49,362 nt of DNA from an uncultured Bacilli bacterium (GCA_944355255.1 CALVQD010000041.1:1-49362); one strand, 5' to 3'; shown: positions 8,208-17,780, counted from the first letter of the stretch. Notes: a model not told the origin generated them from the sequence alone. A program made the numbers and translations.

Positions 8208-9245
8208 ATGACAGTTGTGTCAATGAGTTATTTACTTGAAGCTGGTGTTCATTTTGGACATCAAACAAAACGTTGGAATCCAAAAATGAAGGAGTATATT
8301 TATACTTCAAGAGATGATATTTACATTATCGATTTAGAGAAAACTGCAGAAAAGATTGAAGAAGCTTATGCAGCTCTAAAGAAAATTGCAGAAAATGGTG
8401 GAAAGGTTTTATTTGTTGGAACAAGAAAACAAGCACAAGAAGCAATTAAAGAAGAAGCAATTCGTTCTAATAGTTACTATGTAACAGAAAGATGGTTAGG
8501 AGGAACTTTAACAAACTTCAGAACCATTCGTAGAAGAGTAAAACGTTTAGAAGAAATTGAAAAGATGGAAAAAGATGGTACATTTGATGTATTACCTAAA
8601 AAAGAAGTAATTGGTTTAAAGAAAGAGTACGACAAATTAAATAAATTATTATGTGGTATTCGTGAAATGCATAAATTACCAGATGCATTATATATTGTAG
8701 ATCCATCTAAAGAAGCAAATGCAATTCACGAAGCTAGAATTCTTGGAATTCCTGTATTTGGAATTGTAGATACGAATTGCGATCCAGATGATGTTGATTA
8801 TGTAATTCCAGGAAACGATGATGCAATTCGTGCAGTACGTTTAATTACTGGAGTTATGGCAAATGCAATTTGCGAAGTAACTGGTGGAAAAATGAACGAA
8901 TATGTAAAAGCTGATGATAAATCACAAGCAAGTGAAATCATGGCTCGTGCTGTAGATAGTGTAAAACGTAAAGAACCAAAGAGATTTGAAAAACGTAGTT
9001 TCAAAAAACCATTTGATAAAAAGGTAAAAGAAAATAATTCTAACGTAAAAGAAGAAAAAGAAGCAGAAGTGACAAAAGAAGAGGTAAAAGAGGTAGAAGT
9101 AAAAGAAACAAAAAAAGAAGAAAAAGCCACTGATACTGATTTATCTAAAATGACTGTAAGTCAACTTCGCGAGTTAGCAAAACAAAAAGATATTAAAGGA
9201 TACTCAACAATGAAAAAAGCAGAACTAATTGATGCTTTAAAATAA
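8208..9245 (+). CDS. rpsB: 30S ribosomal protein S2 with Lys/Glu-rich C-terminal extension ending in a Rho_N/SAP-like module
   Basis: [19 protein letters not shown] and the VDTNCDPD motif. AAGGAGG SD before ATG 8208; the track start at 8109 is an upstream extension. The roughly 110-aa tail ends [34 protein letters not shown]. Confidence 0.95.
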   Translation: MTVVSMSYLLEAGVHFGHQTKRWNPKMKEYIYTSRDDIYIIDLEKTAEKIEEAYAALKKIAENGGKVLFVGTRKQAQEAIKEEAIRSNSYYVTERWLGGTLTNFRTIRRRVKRLEEIEKMEKDGTFDVLPKKEVIGLKKEYDKLNKLLCGIREMHKLPDALYIVDPSKEANAIHEARILGIPVFGIVDTNCDPDDVDYVIPGNDDAIRAVRLITGVMANAICEVTGGKMNEYVKADDKSQASEIMARAVDSVKRKEPKRFEKRSFKKPFDKKVKENNSNVKEEKEAEVTKEEVKEVEVKETKKEEKATDTDLSKMTVSQLRELAKQKDIKGYSTMKKAELIDALK

Positions 9246-9297
9246 AAAACGTTAGATGATTTTTATCATCTAACTTTTGTAAAGAGGAGGAAATAAT

Positions 9298-10164
9298 ATG
9301 GTAAGTGCTAGTGCCGTAAAAGAATTAAGAGAAAAAACAGGTGCTGGAATGCTTGATTGTAAAAAAGCATTAGAAGCAAATAATGGAGATATGCAAGCTT
9401 CTATCGATTGGTTAAGAGAAAAAGGGATTTCTAAAGCAGCTAAGAAAGCAGATCGTATTGCTGCAGAAGGACTTGCAGAAATTAAAATCGATGGAAATAA
9501 AGCTGCAATTGTAGAAGTAAATTCTGAAACAGATTTTGTTGCAAAAAACCCAGAATTTAAAGAATTAGTAGATTCTATTTTAAATACTGTTTTAAAGACA
9601 GATGCAACAGATGTAGAAGATGTTTTAAAAGAAGATGGATTAAATGATTTACTTGTTGCAAAAATTGCTAAAATTGGGGAAAAATTAAGTTTCCGTCGTT
9701 TCGCAAAAGTAGAGAAGAAGGATTCTGAACATTTTGGTGCATATATTCATATGGGAGGAAAAATTGCAGTATTAACAGTAATCGATGGAGCAAATGAAGA
9801 AGTAGCACGTGATGTTGCAATGCATGCGGCTGCAATGAGACCACAATATGTAACCAAAGAAGAAGTACCTGAAGAAGTTGTAAATCATGAAAAAGAAGTA
9901 TTAACAGAACAAGCAATGAATGAAGGAAAACCAAAAGAAATTGCTGAGAAAATGGTACAAGGAAGAATTCAAAAATTCTATAAAGAAATTTGTTTGGCAG
10001 AACAACCATTTGTTAAAGATGGTGATGTTACAGTATCACAATATGTAAAAAACAATGGTGGTACGATTGTAAAAATGATTCGTTTTGAAGTTGGAGAAGG
10101 AATTGAAAAACGTGAAGAAAACTTCGCAGAAGAAGTAATGAAACAAATGAATCAAAATAAGTAG
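9298..10164 (+). CDS. tsf: Elongation factor Ts
   Basis: N-terminal UBA-like [19 protein letters not shown] and the SETDFVAKN motif. Located immediately after rpsB. Confidence 0.95.
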   Translation: MVSASAVKELREKTGAGMLDCKKALEANNGDMQASIDWLREKGISKAAKKADRIAAEGLAEIKIDGNKAAIVEVNSETDFVAKNPEFKELVDSILNTVLKTDATDVEDVLKEDGLNDLLVAKIAKIGEKLSFRRFAKVEKKDSEHFGAYIHMGGKIAVLTVIDGANEEVARDVAMHAAAMRPQYVTKEEVPEEVVNHEKEVLTEQAMNEGKPKEIAEKMVQGRIQKFYKEICLAEQPFVKDGDVTVSQYVKNNGGTIVKMIRFEVGEGIEKREENFAEEVMKQMNQNK

Positions 10165-10179
10165 TATGTAGTTTGTTAA

Positions 10180-10223
10180 AAGCAGTATGTTTTAAGTAGT
10201 GTGTATATACATACTGCTTTTTT
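10180..10223 (+). terminator. Rho-independent terminator after tsf
   Basis: AAGCAGTATGT ... ACATACTGCTT stem followed by TTTT. Confidence 0.7.
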
Positions 10224-10244
10224 GTGCTTAGAAAGGACTTATTT

Positions 10245-10724
10245 ATGATAAAAAGAAAAGACATATACTTAGGAATCAAAAATAATTGTGGTGTAATTAC
10301 ACCACTGATTGGGATGTATGAACAAGATAAAATCAAAAACTTAGAGAATGGAGAACTTTTAGAAACAGACGGAAATATTTATGGAGCAATCGATGGATTT
10401 CCATCTTGTTCCTTAGATCATATTTTAAAAGCATGGCATTTTCAAGATGAACTAACTGAAAAAGAAATTCACATGATCACAACAATTTTTAAATACCCTG
10501 ATTTAGTAAACAGAGAAATGAAACGAATTTCATCTTCTAGTGTTGATGGAGAAGATATTTGGATGTTAGAACATGTCTATCTTTTAATGGCAAATACATA
10601 CTGTGAAGAACAGCCAAAAGAAATAAAAGAGATAGAACAAGAAAAAGAAGTATTATATTCTATCAAAGAACGTCTTCTGCACCAATTTGTTAGACCAAAA
10701 CAAAAGAGAAAAGAATGGCGTTAG
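10245..10724 (+). CDS. Hypothetical protein (159 aa)
   Basis: ATG 10245 follows a GAAAGGA SD. The track GTG 10224 lies in the tsf terminator tail. No recognisable domain; Lys/Glu-rich C-terminus. Confidence 0.5.
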   Translation: MIKRKDIYLGIKNNCGVITPLIGMYEQDKIKNLENGELLETDGNIYGAIDGFPSCSLDHILKAWHFQDELTEKEIHMITTIFKYPDLVNREMKRISSSSVDGEDIWMLEHVYLLMANTYCEEQPKEIKEIEQEKEVLYSIKERLLHQFVRPKQKRKEWR

Positions 10725-10802
10725 TTATTTTTCCTCCGAAAAAAAGAAATATTGTTATCATTTAAAAAATATATGTTACAATAAAAAAAGAGGAGTAGAA
10801 AT

Positions 10803-11504
10803 ATGAAGCAGTATCAAAAAGAATTATTAGCAGCAAATGCCTTTCAACCAGAAGAAATTGAAGCTTTTCTAAAACAATATGAGGAAATTCCCGAAAATAA
10901 AAATATTTTTGAGTTAAGTGCGAAAATGGAAGATATCATTCAGAGTTTTTCAATACCGACATCACAAGAAGTTTATTTTTTAACAGACTTTTTAAATCAT
11001 ATAGAAGAGATAGAAGGAGAACTCTTACCAGTTTCAGAAGAAGAAGTACAGACAATGATAGACATATTGACATATCAAGAATATCGTACTAACAACGAAG
11101 AATTATCTTATTATTCTTGTTTATGGAAATTCGCAACAGCAGATTATTGGGAAAATCAAATAGGTGATGAGAATGCCAAAGTAAAAACGATGTTATTATT
11201 TACTGGAATTACATCTCTTTGTGCTTTTTCTTCTATTTATTTTAGGTCAATGCTCTCTACAATTGGTGTATCTGGAATGCTTTTAACTTGTATGACTGCA
11301 TACCATGTATTTAACGATCATTATAAAACATTACAACAGAAGTATGAAAATATTTCTTATTTGTCAAAGTATTTTATGATATGGGGTATTTTGTATGGAT
11401 GTATCGATTCTCATTTAACTCCGATTTCTATTGTATCAATTCCACTTGCATTATTACTTTCTTCTCATTTTAAAAAAGAAGCCGGAAAGCAATATATGAG
11501 ATAA
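10803..11504 (+). CDS. Membrane protein, paralog family member A (unknown function)
   Basis: Shares the FLNHIEE...SEEEVQTMIDILT...YYSCLWKF core and the C-terminal TM region with ISYLSKY motif with the ORFs at 11519 and 13543. Confidence 0.6.
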   Translation: MKQYQKELLAANAFQPEEIEAFLKQYEEIPENKNIFELSAKMEDIIQSFSIPTSQEVYFLTDFLNHIEEIEGELLPVSEEEVQTMIDILTYQEYRTNNEELSYYSCLWKFATADYWENQIGDENAKVKTMLLFTGITSLCAFSSIYFRSMLSTIGVSGMLLTCMTAYHVFNDHYKTLQQKYENISYLSKYFMIWGILYGCIDSHLTPISIVSIPLALLLSSHFKKEAGKQYMR

Positions 11505-11518
11505 AGAAGGAAAATCAT

Positions 11519-12343
11519 ATGGAAATTATATATTCTCTTGATGAGTTACATGCATTCATTAAACGTTGTTATGAACAAAACATTACATTGAATGAATTTT
11601 CTTATGCTATGAAAGAAGTAGAAGAGATGTATCAGCAAATGGGACAACTTTTTGACTATTTAGATGATCTTTATTTACAGTATCAATCTTTTATTGAAAC
11701 CAAAGAACTTTATATAAAATATACAACAGAATTAACAAAGTATCATATGTATTGGGCAAACTTAGTTGTTTCATTAATGCAATCAGTCTCTGAATTTGAT
11801 ATTGCTACAGAAGAAGAAATGCAAGTTATTACTTATATATTGAATAGTGATTTTTTAAATCATATTGAAGGATATCCAGAACCGACAGAAGAGGAAATCG
11901 AATCTTTTATCGACATATTAAATACGGAAGAAGTAGAAGAATCACGAGTTTATGAAAGTGATATTCTTAATTCTCTATCTTTCGCATGGAAATATGCTGT
12001 GAGTCAAATGAATGATTATGCACTCCAAGAAAAAGAAGAAAAAAGAATCAATTTATTGTTAAAAATATTAATTACTGGAGTTTTTAGTGTTCCTGTAATT
12101 GATCAAATATATCAGGAAGAGTATGTACGAGCAATTGCTGGAATGACTTTGATCTATATGAACTTAAAAATTTTTCACGCAATGGAAAATCAAGAAGATT
12201 TTGATAAAAGTTTACAAGAAATTTCAACACTTTCTAATTGGGCAATTCCTTTTTCTTTTATTTATCAAGGAATTCTTTTACCAATTGTTTATTTTTCTAT
12301 GTCACATTATTGTAAAAAAGTGAAAGAAAAGACAAAAAAATGA
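11519..12343 (+). CDS. Membrane protein, paralog family member B (unknown function)
   Basis: FLNHIEGYPEPTEEEIESFIDILNTEE...LSFAWKY core and C-terminal hydrophobic helices. Paralogous to the ORFs at 10803 and 13543. Confidence 0.6.
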   Translation: MEIIYSLDELHAFIKRCYEQNITLNEFSYAMKEVEEMYQQMGQLFDYLDDLYLQYQSFIETKELYIKYTTELTKYHMYWANLVVSLMQSVSEFDIATEEEMQVITYILNSDFLNHIEGYPEPTEEEIESFIDILNTEEVEESRVYESDILNSLSFAWKYAVSQMNDYALQEKEEKRINLLLKILITGVFSVPVIDQIYQEEYVRAIAGMTLIYMNLKIFHAMENQEDFDKSLQEISTLSNWAIPFSFIYQGILLPIVYFSMSHYCKKVKEKTKK

Positions 12344-12369
12344 GACTGAAATGATAAAGCATTTCAGTC
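12344..12369. terminator. Bidirectional terminator hairpin between convergent genes
   Basis: GACTGAAATG-ATAAAG-CATTTCAGTC with flanking A/T runs. It overlaps the stop of the minus-strand yigZ-like gene. Confidence 0.6.
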
Positions 12370-12951
12370 TTTTAAGATACGATAACAAGATTCTAGTATT
12401 TCTACATGAACATGTTTTTGTTGCAATAAAGAAGCTATTTTTTCCTCATCGAGATATCCTTCATAAGTAACGATATCTAAATAAGTCTTTTGAATTATTT
12501 CAAAACTAGAATACTGTTTTAAAAATTGTTGTTCAAATTCGTATGAAAAAGTTACTTTGATATGTTTTTTTAATCCCATTGGGTAAATATGTGCTTTTTC
12601 TAAGACTTGAATTACTGCATTTGTATAAGCACGGACAAGTCCACCAGCTCCTAATTTAATTCCGCCAAAATAACGAATGACGATTGCTAAAACATAGGAA
12701 AGTTGTTGTTTTTCTAAGACATTTAAAATAGGTTGACCTGCAGTTTTAGAAGGTTCTCCATCATCACTGCATCTCTTTTCTTGTAAAAGAATATATGCAT
12801 AACAGTAATGGGTTGCTCCGGGATAATCTTTTTTTACTTGTTCTAATTTTTTCTTTACATCATCTACATGATAAATAGGCACAATAAGGGCAATAAATCT
12901 TGATTTTTTAATCTCTATTTCATGGATATATTCTGTTTCAATTCCTCTCAT
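12364..12951 (-). CDS. YigZ/IMPACT family protein (UPF0029)
   Basis: IKKSRFIA..., CYAY..., DDGEPSKTAGQPIL and RYFGGIKLGAGGLVRAY are hallmark YigZ motifs. Confidence 0.85.
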   Translation of the reverse strand: MRGIETEYIHEIEIKKSRFIALIVPIYHVDDVKKKLEQVKKDYPGATHYCYAYILLQEKRCSDDGEPSKTAGQPILNVLEKQQLSYVLAIVIRYFGGIKLGAGGLVRAYTNAVIQVLEKAHIYPMGLKKHIKVTFSYEFEQQFLKQYSSFEIIQKTYLDIVTYEGYLDEEKIASLLQQKHVHVEILESCYRILKD

Positions 12952-13030
12952 GAGAACACCTCAGTATTTATTATATCAATCTTGTCAAAAAAAGAAAAGA
13001 AACAACATAAACTATTAATAGGTGAGACGT

Positions 13031-13423
13031 ATGTATGATAAAATGTATGTAAGAGGAATTTTTATCAAAGAAAATAAAATTTTGTTAGAGAAAGTAAAAG
13101 ATCAATATCAATTGCCAGGTGGAATTGTGATTCAAGATGAATTTTTAAAAGAGGCTTTAGTAAGAAACTTCTTGATGAAATATGGATTACACATTCAAGT
13201 GAGAAGAGGAAGAGTATATGATGTTAATACGAAACCACTAGAATATATATATTTCGTAAAGACAGAAGATCCTATTTTAGATTCTAGTTTGGAATGGATT
13301 CCATTAGATCGATTTGAAGAAATTCCATTTTATAAAAAAGAAATTAAAGATGCAATGCTAAAACATTTACCTAGTTATGATGAAATAGAGGATGTTATAT
13401 TATTGGAAGGCAATGACTCATAG
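13031..13423 (+). CDS. NUDIX-fold protein with degenerate Nudix box
   Basis: LPGGIVIQDEFLKEALVRNFLMKYGL aligns to GX5EX7REUXEEXGU, but the RExxEE acidic residues are replaced (RNFLMK). AGGTGA SD before ATG 13031. Confidence 0.55.
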   Translation: MYDKMYVRGIFIKENKILLEKVKDQYQLPGGIVIQDEFLKEALVRNFLMKYGLHIQVRRGRVYDVNTKPLEYIYFVKTEDPILDSSLEWIPLDRFEEIPFYKKEIKDAMLKHLPSYDEIEDVILLEGNDS

Positions 13424-13542
13424 TTTGAATTTATAGAAGAAAGTAATTCACGTATAATAGATTTAGAAAAAGTGGATAAAAATGCTTTGAATAGGCATTT
13501 TTATTTTTCTGTGTTATAATAGGAACACGAAAGAGGGATATT

Positions 13543-14370
13543 ATGGTACAAAATGAAGATATCATTGTTTTTACAGAGGATGAAATGTTATCCTTTTTAA
13601 AGAAGATGAATGATAATGGTATATTACAATCATATTTAGATATTACAAATCAAGACTTGGAAAATATATTTTCATTATATCGCGATGTATTTGATTTAGA
13701 AGATCCAACTCCAATACAGTTAGAACAAGCAATGTTACAGTATAAACGAGTTTTAGATGCGTTAATTCAAGTTGAAATAAATTTATCACAACCAAATGAA
13801 GAGGAAGTCAAAAAAATAAAGTCATTTATTTTATCTAATCATGAGGAAAGTTCTTATTCAGAACCAACAGAAGAAGAAGTACAAGCATTTATCGATATTT
13901 TAAATAGTGAAAAAACCACGAGAAATTTATATCCAACAAGTGATATGAATGCCTTTTCTTACATGTGGAAACATAGTATTACCGATTCTTTGACAGAACA
14001 ATCTAGAAAAGAAGCAGAAAAACAAGCATATCGAAAAGTAAAAATAGGAGTAAGTGCTGTTTGTCTTGGAATCGCATTTATTCATTATGCCAATGAATGT
14101 TATTTAAATATTATTGGAGATGCTGGTACTCTTGCATTATTACAAGCTGCTCTTTATATCAAAGAACATGAAGAAGATTCAGTAAAACAAAATGAGAAAA
14201 TTTCTTATATTGCAAAATTGCTTATGTCATGTGGCTTATTATCAGGACTTCATAATAATCAGGTAGGATTTTCATCTTTTGCTATGATGGGTATTTATTA
14301 TGTAGCAAGTAAAGTATACAAGTATTTAGCGAGTGAGGAAAAAGAAAGACAAAAACAAAAAAGAAAATAA
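13543..14370 (+). CDS. Membrane protein, paralog family member C (unknown function)
   Basis: SEPTEEEVQAFIDILNSEK...FSYMWKH core and a C-terminal TM region with KISYIAKLL. Paralogous to the ORFs at 10803 and 11519. Confidence 0.6.
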   Translation: MVQNEDIIVFTEDEMLSFLKKMNDNGILQSYLDITNQDLENIFSLYRDVFDLEDPTPIQLEQAMLQYKRVLDALIQVEINLSQPNEEEVKKIKSFILSNHEESSYSEPTEEEVQAFIDILNSEKTTRNLYPTSDMNAFSYMWKHSITDSLTEQSRKEAEKQAYRKVKIGVSAVCLGIAFIHYANECYLNIIGDAGTLALLQAALYIKEHEEDSVKQNEKISYIAKLLMSCGLLSGLHNNQVGFSSFAMMGIYYVASKVYKYLASEEKERQKQKRK

Positions 14371-14381
14371 GGAGGGGATTT

Positions 14382-16148
14382 ATGTTAAAAGAAAAGTTAA
14401 GCTTAGTTCCAAATAAACCAGGTTGTTATTTGATGAAAAATGAAAATGGAACAATTATTTATGTTGGAAAAGCAAAAAAGTTAAAAAATCGCCTCAGTTC
14501 TTATTTTAGAGGAACTCATACTGGAAAAACTGCACGATTAGTCAGTGAGATTAGAGACTTTGAATACGTTGTAGTTGGTAGTGAAAAAGAATCTCTCGTA
14601 CTCGAGTTAAATCTAATTAAGAAATATGATCCAAAATATAATATATTATTAAGAGATGATAAAAGATATCCTTATATCGAACTTACAAACGAACCAGTAC
14701 CACGTCTTAGTATTGTTCGTAATGTCAATCGTAAAAGAAAAAACCAAACTCGTATTTTTGGTCCTTATCCAAATGTAACAGCTGCACGTAATACAGTCAA
14801 TTTACTTAACCGTATTTATCCATTACGTAAATGTCGTACATATCAAAAAAAGCCATGTCTTTATTACCATATTGGACAGTGTTTAGGTTATTGTACAAAT
14901 CAAGTATCAAAAGAACGTATCAAAGATTTGGAAGAGGAAATTTTAAAGTTTTTAAGAGGAGATGCTTCTTTTGTTATTCAAAAATTAGAAACAGATATGT
15001 ATGAAGCAAGTAAGAACTTAAATTTTGAACGCGCCAAAGAATTAAAAGAATTGCTAGACTATGTTCAAATTACACTACAAAAACAAAAAGTTGAAATCAA
15101 TGATATAACCGCTCGTGATGTATTTGGTTACTATGTAGATAAAGGCTATTTATCCATGCAAGTATTTTTTATTCGTGGTGGAAAAATATTAGAGAGACAT
15201 TCTGCAATTTTTCCATTAGTAGATGAAGTAGAAAATGAAGTTTCTAGGTATATCGCAACATTTTATGAGAAAGATGTTTTACTACCAAAAGAAATTATGA
15301 TGAAAGAAATTTCTGGGATAGAAGAATTATCTAGCTACTTAGAAGTACCAATACATGTTCCATTACGTGGAGTAAAAAAGAAGTTAGTAGATATGGCTTG
15401 TAAGAATGCAGAGATTGCTTTAAATGAAAAATTTGAATTGATTCAAAGAGATGAGGAAAGAACAATTGGTGCCAATGATGAATTAAAAGATATTTTACAT
15501 TTAGAACAATTAAATCGGATTGAATTATTCGACAATTCTAATTTATTTGGAAGTTATAATGTATCGGGTATGGTTGTATTTAAAAATGGAAAACCAAGTA
15601 AAAATGACTATCGTAAATTTAAAATTAGTGTTGATAAGAATGATGATTATGGAACGATGAGAGAAGCGATTTACCGTAGATATTTCCGTGTATTAAAAGA
15701 TAACTTAGAACGACCTGATCTAATTATTGTGGATGGTGGAACAGGACAAATTAATGTAGCAAGAGAAGTATTAGAATCGTTAGGAATGCAAATTCCGGTT
15801 GTTGGATTAAAAAAAGATAATCATCATGCAACAAGTAAATTATTAGCTTTTGATCCATTACAAGAAATTGATATTGATAAACGCAGTAATTTGTTTTACT
15901 ATTTGGAAAGAATGCAAGATGAAGTCCATAATTTTACAATTCATTATCATCAACAATTACGTAGTAAAGGTGCTTTAGAGAGTGTCTTAGATCATGTAGA
16001 AGGGATTGGAGAAAAGAGAAGAAAACAACTTCTCAAAAAATATCATTCCACATCAAAACTAAAAACAGTATCTGTAAAAGAATTAGAAGAAATATTACCA
16101 CATCAAGTGGCCCAAAACTTATATGATTTTTTACAAGAAATGGATTAA
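14382..16148 (+). CDS. uvrC: Excinuclease ABC subunit C
   Basis: GIY-YIG N-terminus (PGCYLMKNENGTIIYVGKAKKLKNRLSSY), a UVR domain (FERAKELKE), the endonuclease domain and a C-terminal HhH region. Confidence 0.95.
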   Translation: MLKEKLSLVPNKPGCYLMKNENGTIIYVGKAKKLKNRLSSYFRGTHTGKTARLVSEIRDFEYVVVGSEKESLVLELNLIKKYDPKYNILLRDDKRYPYIELTNEPVPRLSIVRNVNRKRKNQTRIFGPYPNVTAARNTVNLLNRIYPLRKCRTYQKKPCLYYHIGQCLGYCTNQVSKERIKDLEEEILKFLRGDASFVIQKLETDMYEASKNLNFERAKELKELLDYVQITLQKQKVEINDITARDVFGYYVDKGYLSMQVFFIRGGKILERHSAIFPLVDEVENEVSRYIATFYEKDVLLPKEIMMKEISGIEELSSYLEVPIHVPLRGVKKKLVDMACKNAEIALNEKFELIQRDEERTIGANDELKDILHLEQLNRIELFDNSNLFGSYNVSGMVVFKNGKPSKNDYRKFKISVDKNDDYGTMREAIYRRYFRVLKDNLERPDLIIVDGGTGQINVAREVLESLGMQIPVVGLKKDNHHATSKLLAFDPLQEIDIDKRSNLFYYLERMQDEVHNFTIHYHQQLRSKGALESVLDHVEGIGEKRRKQLLKKYHSTSKLKTVSVKELEEILPHQVAQNLYDFLQEMD

Positions 16149-16151
16149 ATA

Positions 16152-16182
16152 AATAGTATATGATGTAGTTTCATATACTATT
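16152..16182. terminator. Bidirectional terminator between uvrC and the minus-strand cassette
   Basis: AATAGTATATGA-TGTAGTT-TCATATACTATT perfect 12-bp stem with A/T-rich flanks. Confidence 0.7.
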
Positions 16183-16493
16183 TATTTTAATTTCATAGAT
16201 TTATTGTCTAGTGATGCAATATATGTTCCATCAGTTTTATACAGAGCAATTCTTTCTGCATTATTTGCTCTAATTAAGCTTTTCACCAGTAAATCTTCAA
16301 TGGATATAAAATTTGGAATATCAGTTTCATCCAATATGGGATTACAATCGGAAAGTCCAATCATGAATCCTTCAATCGTTTTACAATATTCGCCAACTAA
16401 ATAATGATCATGATAAAAATATACTATTCTGTATCCGTCAGGATATTTTTCACCGTGATTGTTGAACTGTAATTCTTCTGTTTCTATTTTCAT
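16182..16493 (-). CDS. Hypothetical protein (103 aa), third gene of minus-strand cassette
   Basis: ORF 24 nt downstream of the HExxH gene, with an AAAGGAGAT SD on the minus strand. No recognisable family; small acidic soluble protein. Confidence 0.5.
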   Translation of the reverse strand: MKIETEELQFNNHGEKYPDGYRIVYFYHDHYLVGEYCKTIEGFMIGLSDCNPILDETDIPNFISIEDLLVKSLIRANNAERIALYKTDGTYIASLDNKSMKLK

Positions 16494-16517
16494 AGTAAAT
16501 ATCTCCTTTTGATTATA

Positions 16518-17333
16518 TTATAATTTTATGTTGATTCTGTTGCTAAAATAAGAATTCAATGAAAAAATTAATTTTTTCATTGAACAAAAATATTCATCAG
16601 TTGATATTGGAAAACCATATAACAATCTGTCTTGATAATTATACTGTTTTGCAACTTGTAAAAAAGCTGTTTTATTGTTTTGGGAATACCATTCAAACAC
16701 TTCTAGTAATTTTGCTTTTTCTCCGATTTGAAAATATGTATTTATCGGGTATTGGATCATGTCATTAGAAAAATGATATCCTCTTAATAACCTTTGCAAT
16801 ATTTCTGTATTGATAATAGAAGGTAACTCATTTAATTCATCAATTATATAGTATAACATATTCTTTATTTCAGTATATGATATGATTTCTGCAAATCTTT
16901 CATGTGGAGCATATTCATATAAATATGAATTGTTGAAATTAACTAAACGAGATATTCTGATAATAAATGTTTCTAAATCGTTTACGGTCATTATTTTTTT
17001 TAACTGATTAGCATGTTCTATTTCATGTAAAATAACTTGGAATATTGATAAATTTATATATAATGTTTTTTCTAAATTATTAATGATTCGTAAATTGTTG
17101 CAAAGATTTTGAATCATTGACATGACTGCTTCTTTATATATTATAATTTTTTTGTTATATTCAGAATAAGAAGCAGTTGTTTTGCATCTTTTTTTTTGAA
17201 CTTCTATATTAGAAATATAATTATCTAATTGTTTATTAGAAATGACTAATGCTAGTATATTCATAATGTCGGTTAGGTTTAAAAGGCTATGTTTTATACT
17301 TTTATCATAAATGATTCTGATTATTTTTTCCAT
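16518..17333 (-). CDS. Putative zincin-like metallopeptidase (HExxH), family unknown
   Basis: FQVILHEIEHANQL contains HExxH preceded by hydrophobic residues. A downstream YAPHERFAE could supply a third ligand (Glu). No signal peptide or TM helix seen. Confidence 0.55.
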   Translation of the reverse strand: MEKIIRIIYDKSIKHSLLNLTDIMNILALVISNKQLDNYISNIEVQKKRCKTTASYSEYNKKIIIYKEAVMSMIQNLCNNLRIINNLEKTLYINLSIFQVILHEIEHANQLKKIMTVNDLETFIIRISRLVNFNNSYLYEYAPHERFAEIISYTEIKNMLYYIIDELNELPSIINTEILQRLLRGYHFSNDMIQYPINTYFQIGEKAKLLEVFEWYSQNNKTAFLQVAKQYNYQDRLLYGFPISTDEYFCSMKKLIFSLNSYFSNRINIKL

Positions 17334-17347
17334 TGAAAAAAATCCTT

Positions 17348-17725
17348 TTATTTTAATTTTTTCACAAATGAACTGTTTTCTGCTTTATCATTGCTTTTAT
17401 TTTTTATGTCATTATAATGGTTTTGTAAAAATAAAATTTCTTCTGGAGTTAAATTTAAACGCTCAATGTATATAAACCAAGGATTCTTCCATTTTCGATT
17501 TTTACTGCTTTCAGAATCTTTATCACGGTCATATCCATTTTTTACATTTTTATGTCCATGTCCTTTAGTCCAATCTCCATCTGTTCGTTCGTAAATATTA
17601 CCTCCAGGAACATCTACTAGAATATCATATCCATTATCATTAGCACATTCAGCTGATTCTAAATAATTAGCATAGGCTTTGTAATCATAGTTGAAATCTT
17701 TCAAAGTTTTAATTTTCTTACACAT
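17348..17725 (-). CDS. Hypothetical protein (125 aa), first gene of minus-strand cassette
   Basis: GGAGAG SD on the minus strand. Gly/Asp/Lys-rich core DGDWTKGHGHKNVKNGYDRDKD. No recognisable family. Confidence 0.5.
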   Translation of the reverse strand: MCKKIKTLKDFNYDYKAYANYLESAECANDNGYDILVDVPGGNIYERTDGDWTKGHGHKNVKNGYDRDKDSESSKNRKWKNPWFIYIERLNLTPEEILFLQNHYNDIKNKSNDKAENSSFVKKLK

Positions 17726-17751
17726 ATTAACACTCTCCTTTCTATAAATTT

Positions 17752-17780
17752 ATTTTATTTTTATTTTGAAACGATGTCAA
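17752..17780 (-). promoter_or_regulatory. Near-consensus sigma-A promoter driving the minus-strand three-gene cassette
   Basis: Minus strand reads TTGACA (17780-17775), 17 nt spacer, TAAAAT (17757-17752), about 25 nt upstream of the SD/ATG of the 125-aa ORF. Confidence 0.6.

Noticed and set aside
8798-10336. Minus-strand ORFs of 110, 113 and 102 aa opposite rpsB/tsf
   Set aside because: They are antisense shadows of the Lys/Glu-rich coding sequence, translating as Phe/Ser/Leu-rich nonsense. The ribosomal genes fully account for the region.
7733-13480. Isolated DnaA-box-like 8/9 matches (TTATCCGCA near 7733, GTGGATAAA near 13471)
   Set aside because: These are single, widely separated imperfect boxes with no clustering or adjacent AT-rich unwinding element. 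This is not an origin.
16204-16768. Plus-strand ORFs 16204-16404 and 16559-16768 within the minus-strand cassette
   Set aside because: The minus-strand ORFs are longer, have SDs, a consensus promoter and a terminator, and one carries HExxH. The + ORFs lack start context.
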